Positions 54,790 to 64,000 of a DNA stretch of 64,000 nt are shown piece by piece (the first letter of the stretch is position 1; each line of letters opens with the position of its first letter). Under the pieces are notes generated by a model. It did no database searches. It worked only from the letters and a program-made list of their open reading frames with translations, and was not told the origin of the DNA. The DNA is from the human T2T-CHM13v2.0 reference genome, Homo sapiens, in assembly GCF_009914755.1 (NCBI RefSeq), contig NC_060930.1. One strand, given 5' to 3'. A program made the translations under genes and the position numbers.

Positions 54790-56076
54790 AAGTACAGACA
54801 CTGTAACATTCTATTTCAGAGCTGGGGCTCTGGTGTCCACTATGCAGCTTTGCCACTTTCTATCTCTGTCCTTCATTTTCTTATCTGTAAAATAAGGATA
54901 ATAAACATATGGAGCTCTAGAGATTATGAAGATTAAATGAGCTAAAACATGCACAGTTCTTACACAGAAGGTGTTGTCTACTAGATAGTCTAACATGTTA
55001 TTTTAATAATCAGCCTGTTCATTTTCATTATTGTTGATATGGGTTGATATTTTAAGTCCAATTCTTTTCTGGCCAATCATTCTACAAAAGAAATGAGGAT
55101 CCAGAACGGGGATTGTGGTTAGTGTGAATATGTAGCTTCTTCCCAGAACAACCATTTCGACAGTTCCTGCAGCGTGGTGAAATTTCCTGTTCTTTGTTTT
55201 GCTGCTTTCTCTCCATGGATAAAAACTATGAGTAAGCTGAATAGTGGTAGCAAGCAAGCAAATAAGAAATTAGATTCTGAAAATGCTTGTTCTTCTTTTA
55301 CAGAAGAACAGAATCTGTTTTCAGTGCCTGGAGCGGAGCTTATTTATTTATATATATATTTATTTATTTATTTTTCTAAAGAACAGAGCCTGTTCTAGAA
55401 TACCCACTCAGCATGGCATTCACATCTTTTCTGAGTGACTTCATTGGAAGAAGAATAAAATCAATAATGAAAAATAACATCATCTTTGTTTCCTGAGAGC
55501 ACTTGAATTTAGTAGAAATTGAAGGAATTCAAAGCACTTAAAGAATTAGATTATTTCTTGAACCTACATCATCTATGGCAGGAAGTCAGTGTGAGCAGGA
55601 AGCGTTTACATTTAGGAAATGCTTTGGTGCATCAAGGTCACCTTCACTTCTACAGCCTGGCTTCTGCTCCACCTGTCTGGGTGAAGTGACTCTTTCTGTG
55701 ACTTTCCCAGGAGCCACACAGTTCGTTCTCCCTGTTTGACATTGCTAACCCCCTTAATCTTCCTTGAAAATTTATTTCCAATATTCACTGCTTTGTTTCT
55801 GGGCCTGGCTTGTAGAAGTATCTACATTGAAGAGGCTTTCCTATTGAAATGTAATAGTGTCTCAGATAAAGACCTTGATGGCATGATATTTACATTTTTG
55901 GATACTGTGAAGCTGAGAAAATTACCTACAGTGATAGCTTACACAATGAAGACAATAAGAATCAGCAGATTGGAACAATGGATCAACTGCAAAATCTTCA
56001 TCTTGGGTGTCTCCGAAACAACACCCAGATTGAGGATAGGGAAAAAGAGAACTGTGTTACAAGCAATGTAAGATGT

Positions 56077-57634
56077 CTTCTGTTTTTTGATAATAGCCAC
56101 CCTGAGAGGTATGAGGTGATATCTTGTGGTTTTGATTTACATTTCTCTGATGATTAGTGAATTAATTTTTTTTTTTTTTGAGATGGAGTCTCGCTCTGTC
56201 ACCCAGGCTGGAGTGTGATGGTGCAATATCTCAGATCACTACAACCTCTGCCTCTGGGGTTCAAGCGATTCTCCTGCCTCAGACTCCTGAGTAGCTGGGA
56301 TTACAGGTGCCTGCCACCACGCCCGGCTTATTTTTGTATTTTTAGTAGAGACAGGGTTTTGCTAAGTTGGCCAGGCTGGTCTCCAACTCCTGACTTCAGG
56401 TGATCCTCCCCCCTCAGCCCCACAAAGTGCTGGGATTACAGGGGTGAGCCACTGGGCCCGGCCAAGCATTTTTTCATATAGCTGTTGGCATTCTTATGTC
56501 TTCTTTGGAGAAATGTCTATTCAAGTCCTTGGCCCATTTTGTAATCAAATTGTTCATTTATTTTTACCATTGTGTTGTAGGAGTTCCTTATATATTTTGG
56601 ATATTAACTACTTTTCAGACATATGACTTGCAAATATTTTCTTACATTTTGTAGGTTGTTTTTTTCACTCTGTTGATTGTTTTCTTTGCTGTGCAGAAGC
56701 TTTTTAGTTTGATGTAGTCCCACTTACTTATTTTTGTTTCTGTTGCCTGTGCTTTTGGTGTCATATCCATGAAGTCACTGCCAAGATCAACGTCATAGAG
56801 CTTTTCTCCTGTTTTTTTTTCTTAGGAGTTTTACAGTTTTGGGTCATACATTTAAGTCATTGATCCATTTTGAGTTCATTTTTGTGTATGACATAAGATA
56901 AGGGTCCAATTTCATTCTTTCGAATGTGGGTATTGTTTTCCCAACACCATTTGTTGAAGAGACAAAAGACAAGTGTTGGCGAGGATGTGAAAAAACTGTA
57001 ATCCTTGCACATTGCTAGCGAGAATGCAAAATGGTGCAGCTGCTATATAGAAAACAGTATGAAGGTTCCTCAAAAAATTAAAAATAGAGCCACCATATGA
57101 TCCAGCAATCCCACTTTTGGGTATTTATCCAAAAAAGTTGAACTCAGGATCTTGAAGAGATAATAGCATTGCAGCAGTATTCACAATAGCCAAGATGTGG
57201 AAACAACCTAAATGTCCACCAAGAGATGAATGGAAAAAGAAAATGTGATACACACATACAGTGGAATACTATTGCTTTTACAAAGAAGGAAATTCTGCAA
57301 TACGTAACAACGTGGATGAACCTTGAGGATATTATGCTAAGTTAAAAAAGTCAGACACAGAATGACAAATATTGCATGATCCCATTTACATAAGATATTT
57401 AAAAATGGTCACAGAATCAAAGAGTGAAATAGTGGTCGCCAGAGGCCAAGGGAAAGCAGAAATTGAGTTACTAGTCAATGGGCACACAATTCTAGTCAAG
57501 AAAGATGAGTAAGTTCTAGAAAACTACAGTACAGCATTTTACTTACAGCCAACAAAATAACATGTTATGGACTTTAAAATGTAAGAGAGTAGATTTCCTG
57601 TTAAGTGTTCTTATCACAACAAAATAAAATAGAA
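56077..57634 (+). mobile_element. L1MA with 5' inversion (56077-56963 minus; 56961-57634 plus)
   Basis: Inverted part ends (on minus) ggctattatcaaaaaacagaagac and the plus part resumes gacaagtgttggcgaggatgtg, contiguous in L1; L1MA 3' end gagagtagattt..gttaagtgttctta; TSD caatg(t/c)aagatgt at 56064-56076 and 57635-57647. Confidence 0.9.
56166..56463 (-). mobile_element. AluS inside the inverted L1MA segment
   Basis: Poly-T plus Alu reverse complement interrupting gatgattagtga|agcattttttcat. Confidence 0.95.
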
Positions 57635-58805
57635 CAATGCAAGATGTAATAAGTTTAATAAGGAAAATTATGTCAATGAAGTTGGGGCATGTTAAGAGGA
57701 GTCTGGGTTGTAAAACAAGGGAGTCTAACTCTTCTCATTGATTCAAGAGATAATGATTGATTTAATGGCCATATAGCATCTGGTGGAGTGCATGAGTGGC
57801 ACATGCTATGTGAGCAATGCAAAGCAGTCATCTTTCTTTCTTTGCTGGCCAGACCAGAGCCAGAGCTTGTTGAACTCTTCTGGGGTATGCACTTTAAGAT
57901 GGGCATTGGCATAGAGAGCTCTGAGAGGGAAATGGCCCATAACAAGGAGATGGAAATCCACGTCATGCTGTGTGTGGATGCAGTTAATTAAGGGCAGGGG
58001 TAGCGCATGGTGTCAGTCCTCACATCTCTGAGGGCTGTCAGAGGGTGTTCTGATTTAGTGCCTCCCCAGAATAGGAAAGACTGTTGTCCACCCTGGAGGG
58101 GCCAGCCCAGAGCTGGGCTACCACTGCACTGTAATATTAAGGTGGAAATGAGTAGACTCTCTTCCATGCCTCAGATGTCCTGTATTTTTCAGTAAGTTTT
58201 GACTATATGTTCCATGAGGGCAGGAAGTGTGACTGTCTTTTGCACCCCTAATTCCCATATCGAACAGTGCACCTGGCACATAATAAGCACTCAGATTACA
58301 TGTGGAGTTGAATTGAAGGTTCTTTCTCTCCATAAAGGTGTGTGTTCCCCACGGCTGAGCACTAGCCCATCTGAGCATCTCTCTCTCTCCTCTCTCTGAT
58401 ACCTCATTCACTCCCACGATTTCAACCCTCACTTCTCTATGGAGAAGGGACCCCTGAGTCTATGCTTCTTGCTAGGCCCACATTTCCCAATTCCCTGCTG
58501 AATTATTTCCAACTGGAAATTTTATTCTCTGTTATTTGCAGAATTGCTAAGTTCAAACTCCTCATGGTACTCGCCAGAAAAGCCTTCTCTCCAATTTCCC
58601 TGCTTCAGTACTAATACACACATTTCTGCAGCCATCCATTTCTCAATGACAGCACATCAGCAGGCACTCAAGGTTCTGAAGAAGACATGCAGAGTGTAGC
58701 TTGTGATTGGTCAAAATGAGACTGACAGAAGCTGATCACCGAGGCATGAGCCTGGCATACCAGCCATTACAGGTGAGGGAGAGGCTCATTTTGGTCAAGT
58801 ATACA

Positions 58806-58888
58806 TTTTTTTATATATGTATATTTTTTATTATACTTTAAGTTCTAGGGTACATGTGAACAACACGCAGGTTTGTTACATATGTATA
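58806..58888 (-). mobile_element. Very short L1PA 3' end
   Basis: ttattatactttaagttctagggtacatgtg.acaac..gcaggtttgttacatatgtata. Confidence 0.9.
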
Positions 58889-59174
58889 AATTTTTATGTC
58901 CACTTAATAAGTAAATTCATAATTATCACCTTCTCATCAATAACAAAGAAATGAAAGAATGCAAGGTAGTTCTATTCAATGTGGGCGTGTTTCCTCCAAT
59001 CATGAAGACACTCTTAAACCCCAGCTTAGCCATCATTGTTGAAGAGTTTAGCGTGCTGCCTAAATAGACTAGATGCTTAATACTTATTTGTTGAATGAAT
59101 AGAAATAAATCTATTTTCAGGGAATAAAACAACATCAGAAATCTAATCCTATTTCTCTTCTGGCATAGGACTAC

Positions 59175-59452
59175 AGCTATTGAGCACTTGAAATCTGGCT
59201 AGTCTGAGTTGAGATGTACTCTAAATATAAAAGCAGCACTGGATTTCAGTCCTAGGATGTAGAATATTTTATTAGTAATTTTATATTGAATATTGATTAT
59301 ATGTTGAAACAATCATATTTTGGGTGTATTGAATTAAATAAAATACATTATTAAAGTTAACTTCACTTGTTTCTTTTTACTTTTTAAATATGACTTGTAG
59401 AGATTTTAAAATTATATGCCCAGCTTATATGCTATTTCTATTGGACAATGTC
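59175..59452. mobile_element. MER33 hAT-Charlie MITE
   Basis: ctattgagcacttgaaat.tggctagtc.gagttgagatgt...ttcacttgtttctttttacttttt...atttctattggaca. Confidence 0.85.
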
Positions 59453-60465
59453 GTTGCAGACCCCTCTGTGGGTGCTACTGAACTCCTATTCATATTTTGG
59501 CAATGAAGAGGAGTTATTTGTTCTATGGGGGGCCCGTTCCATTGTATGGTAGCAGCCTAATTGAAAGAATATTAAGTTGAAATTAGTTTTTCTATCATTT
59601 CCATACTTCAATCCCAGGCAAATGCCCCACCCTCACCTTGTAATTTCATCGGTCAAATGAGGCAGCTGCGCTAGGTGACCTTGAGGCCCTCTCCCTGTCC
59701 AGCCATGTAGGAATCCTCTATTCCTGCCCTCCTCCCCCTTCCACCCAACAGCCCTCCAAATCCTTTCAGGCAGCCCTCAGATCTCTTCTTAGCTTCTGCC
59801 AGCTTTTCTCAGCTCCTCAGCACCTCTGAGAGCTTTGCAAATCATCCCTTCACAGCATCATCATAAAATATCTCACCGGAGCCAGTTTGAGGGGGAGGCA
59901 GCTTTTGCAGCTCCCAAGAGGGCAGATGCCACTCCCTGCCACCAGGTCTCCATGGCCCCTCCCACACTTGGAGAGTGAGGGCTCCGGGGAGGGTGGCTCT
60001 ACTTCACTGCAGAGAAAATGCAGTCGGTGAGAGAAAGAGATACACTGAGGCTCCAGAGAGTGTAAAACAAGCATCTCGTCACAAAACAGAGAGGAAACTA
60101 AGTCTGGGATTTATTGCTGAGTCCCTTCTTCTGATAAAGAAGCCAGAGGAGCATCAACATTTTCCTTGGAGTCGGGAGTCCTTGGCACCCTCTCTCTGCA
60201 GAGTGAGTTCCATCTGAAAACTCTCCTTGGCTGCTCATGCCAATCTGCCTTTCTTCCAAACAAGGACATGAAATCACTCTCTCTAGAACGCAGATTCCAT
60301 AAGGCTCCAGAAAGAGACTAGGTTTCATTTTAGCCATCAAGGCCCTCTGGCCCCATGCGCTGTTAGCTGGGTGGCCCCTCTTGGCAGAATGACTTCAAAG
60401 GGTATTTCCCACCTAAAAGGCCAAATATGTTTTTATAGTTACACCCTCACAGCTTCATTCTTCAA

Positions 60466-60551
60466 CTCAGTGTCTCAGTTCCCTTTTTGCTGATTTCAAA
60501 TAATGTCCTAGCAGCTTAGACTTATTGCTTTCCCCCTTTCTGTTCAGGTTT
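60466..60551 (+). repeat. Dispersed duplication B, copy 2, followed by (TA)n at 60560-60632
   Basis: Offset 6557 bp. Confidence 0.93.
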
Positions 60552-62085
60552 TGGGGAAATATTATATTATATATATATTATATATTAATATATATAATAA
60601 ATAAATATATATATATATATATATCATATATATGTTAAAAGAATCAGACTGTAAGCCATTGCCAGTGCACCCCTCAATTATCGGTGAGTCTCTTTCTTAG
60701 GAGTCAGCAGTCACTCAGCTCCGTGATACTGCATCTGTGTTGGGCTACACATAAGACAATGATCTACTCCTGGTGTGTTTTGTTTCCACAAATGACTGCA
60801 CATATTTCCAAATTTTTCAATTGCTTAAGAATAATTGCAGCCCCCAAAGGCCAGTTGTTTGCAAGTCATTTCCCTTGGCATAGACAATCTAATCCATGAT
60901 CCATATTGGATGCAACTCTCCTGATGTCCTCGACACCCAGAATTTGCCAATACATGTTTTTGAAATTAAGAAGAATTAATACATGAGGCTGGGCTTCTCT
61001 AGTCCTGTCTTAATCATGGGTAAAATTCAGCATGGGCTGTATTCCTTTCAGCAATGCCCACGCCATGCCAGCTACTGGACTTGGAGAACTTGAGGAGTGA
61101 AGACAACAGGCAATTATCATACTGTAAATGTGTACTGTGTTAGGGATGGTATAGGCAAGACTCAAATCAGCACCTTGGCACCATCAGAGCTAGTTTAGCT
61201 GTTTATAGCTCAGACTCATTTTGGTTGGTCAGAAGAGACTCCGACCTAGCTGGTGGGGGCAGTGGGACAGTTGATAAGCCCTGGAGGATTTGTCAACACC
61301 CATGGGACCAACAGAGGCAACAAACTCAAACTTTTCCAGTGAGGATGAAAGCCACACAACCCTGTCACTGTATCTTTGGGCTGACCCTCTGACCTCTTAG
61401 ATGCTGAATCCACCCCTGCCTTCCTGTTCCTGCCACTGCTGTCTTCCTCACCAGGCCCTTCATGCTTGCCTCCCATCAACTGTCTCAGGTCCTGATGCCT
61501 GGCAGCCACCCAGACCCAGTATAGCGTATTTTGTCCTCGGGGCTTTTCAGAAGCCTTGAGCTTCTTGACAAACTTTCGCTCCAGTTGGAGGGAGGTCATG
61601 TGGTACAGAGAAGGGGCCTTGGAGTGCAGGATGAGAGTCTGAATTGTAGCCCTACCTATGAGAACCGTGGGAACAGGGGCAGGTCACGTGGCATTCTCAT
61701 CAGTAAACTGAAGATGATAACATTTGTCCCAAAGGAGATCACATGAGATGATAGTGTAAAAACAGTGTGTAAGCCACCACAAGTCTTACCTAAATGTGAG
61801 GGTCTCACCTAAGCCCTTTGGAGACTGAAACTGCACTGAAGCCCTATGCAGACTGAAGCTCACACCTTTGCAGCATCCTGTTTCAGTTCTGCAAATCACC
61901 CAATGACTGAGAGGTTTTCAAAACTGGCAAACTCCTATTGCCCATGGGAGATCTCCATGGGGATTCCCGCAGATATCCCTTGAGTCTTTCTGGCTAACTG
62001 CTACCTATTTTTCCCCCTCCTGTCTCCTGGATTCAAGGCTGAGTTTGATGCTCCTCCTTGGCTTGCTGACGGCACCCAGAGCATG

Positions 62086-62179
62086 CCTCTATTCAAGCAC
62101 AGGCGTGGCACAGATTTTCTGATCTGTTTCCTCTATTCAAGCACATGCGTGGCATGGATTTTCTGATCTGTTTCCCTCT
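62086..62179 (+). repeat. 44-bp tandem duplication
   Basis: cctctattcaagcaca(g/t)gcgtggca(ca/tg)gattttctgatctgttt twice. Confidence 0.92.
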
Positions 62180-62621
62180 GTAAATCCCTTCGTGGTGGAG
62201 ACTGTATCTTTCACTACTAGGTGAAAGATACCTTTCACATGTTAGGTCCTCAGTAAATATTTCTTGAACAAATGAATGAATGAAATTCTCACTCATCTCG
62301 AAAGTGTACATTCTCTGCTTTCTCTGAGCAGCCTTTCAACACAGTATGACCACAATAATTCTATTTTCTCAGTGGAATTGCACACCTTGAGGGTAGACAC
62401 TGTCCTGGCAATGGCTACTATATAATAAGATGCAGGGAAGGAATTGCAGGCACCACTGGTTTCCCTCGCATGCTCTGTTATTACAGTACTCCTTTATTAC
62501 AAGCTTGGGTTTTGTGTTTGCAGATGCAGTCACGTGGCAGAACCAAATCTCATAAATATATAGGTAACGTGGTAACCAAAAGACTCCATTTTGGAATGGC
62601 TGGAGTCTCTGAGACCTCTCT

Positions 62622-62860
62622 AGATGTAGTATAATGTAATGATTAAATGCCTGGGCTTTGGAGTCGATTAGATAGGCTCAAATCTCACTTCATAAACTAT
62701 GTAATCTTAGGCAATTTCCTTAACTTTGTTGCCTCATTTTTCTCATCTTTATAAGCTTTGTGCTCCTCACATACTTGTTCTGAGAATTAAAGAAGATAAT
62801 ACATATTAAGCAGTTAGCACAGTCCCTGGCACATAGGAATTATCCAATATCTACCATATC
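62622..62860 (+). mobile_element. MIR, near full length
   Basis: gggctttggagtc...tcttaggcaatttccttaac...cctcattttttctcatc...tgagaattaaa..agataat...cctggcacatag. Confidence 0.85.
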
Positions 62861-63687
62861 TACCAGTTCTTTCTTTCATCATTGTTATTATTTTCATCAT
62901 TAGGAAGTCATCTCTTTCTTCCTTTTGGTGGCATTCCCCGGCACCTCTCTCCCAGTTCTAAGGATCTCAAGGGCAGCATATTCCACAAGACTTTTAGTAC
63001 CTCTGGTAGCATTTGTGGATTTGTGTGTCTGTGGATGTAGATATTTGGAAAAAAAAATGTCAAAACTCTTTACCCTCAACAAACCAAGAGTGTTTCAACA
63101 AGTATTCAATGACATCTCAGTCTCTTATCAACAAAACAATCTCAAATATTTATTCTTTTCCCCCCCCGCTGATGTCTAGTCACCTCCTTCCCCTCCAGAA
63201 CCACATGTCCCCTGCAGGAGGACAGCATTCTGCCATCTAGAAAGTTTCTATGCATTTCTCCTGCCTTTCTGAACAGGCCCACTGCCATGGAAAGAGAAAA
63301 ATGTACTCCATTCTCCTGATTTCCTAATGCTGTGGACATGTGGGTCAGGGAAAGTAATTCCTATTTCACTTTTCCTTTCTGTGATTAAACAGCCAGGCCA
63401 TGGTGCATGACCAAAGTTAAGCAGCTCTCCTCACCTGTCTCCAAAACAAGTCTGCTTACAGATGTGGGCCACATCTTGACCTCTTAACATCAACCACAGA
63501 GCAAGACCTGTACCCTAGAGATGCTCAGAAATGTTTGGTGAGTGAAAATGATTGGGTGAAGGAGTAAACAATTAAGAAAGCCAGCAGGATGAGTTGCATT
63601 AGCCATGAATTGCACTCGTACTGGATATCAGGGAGCAAACACAGGCTTCTCTGGAAAAAATGCTCTTTCTTTCACTCTCTATTATAA

Positions 63688-63724
63688 CAAGAAGAAGAAG
63701 AGGAAGAGGAAGAGGAAGAGGAAA
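63688..63724 (+). repeat. (GAA)/(GAGGAA)n purine repeat
   Basis: Directly visible. Confidence 0.85.
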
Positions 63725-64000
63725 AATGGTTGGAGTAGAAAAGGAGAAAGCAGATAAAGAGGAGGAGGAAAAAATAGAAAGGGATTAGACAATTAAACAC
63801 GTTTTGCAATTCCATTTCTATGTGTATATTGCTTTACAGTTTTCAAGGTGTCTTCAGTTTCATTTAACACAATATATTTTTATTAAACAACTACATAACA
63901 TTTGTAACAATTGGCTACAAATTGAATAGGACACAGTTTCTGCCATCAATTCAAAATGATCCTGAAAAGTATAAAGGCCACTTATTTAGATTATGCCTTG

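Larger units (their letters stand above)
55830..58010 (+). mobile_element. L3/CR1 RT-region fragments (55830-56076 and 57648-58010) split by an L1
   Basis: ggcatgatatttacatttttggatactgtgaagctg resembles the CR1 KFADDTKL region; gctggccagacc...ttctggggtatgcactttaaga is typical L3. Confidence 0.6.

Overview
Primate (human-like) repeat-rich non-coding DNA with no intact protein-coding gene. The one gene-derived feature I can identify is a minus-strand processed pseudogene of SNAPC5 (about 14604-16330, CDS relic 15993-16293, three frameshifts, polyA signal, short tail and TSD), inserted in an old L1M and later hit by an Alu. From memory, SNAPC5P1 lies at 6p25.1 between F13A1 and LY86, in or near LY86-AS1; I cannot verify that placement here. 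Several minus-strand segments with good splice signals fit a spliced lncRNA that may end in the retrocopy. The rest is 12 Alus, a 5-kb 5'-truncated L1PB, a twin-primed (5'-inverted) L1MA, older L1M/L2/L3/MIR pieces, MaLR/ERV solo LTRs, DNA-transposon MITEs (MER75B, MADE1, MER20, MER3, MER33, MER94, MER5) and microsatellites. Unexplained structure: three short dispersed duplications (two abut microsatellites), an old diverged duplication with a codon-like substitution pattern, and a hairpin fused to rearranged MADE1 halves. I found no convincing new multi-gene system. Repeat subfamily names are from recall of consensus sequences, and boundaries of old repeats are approximate.
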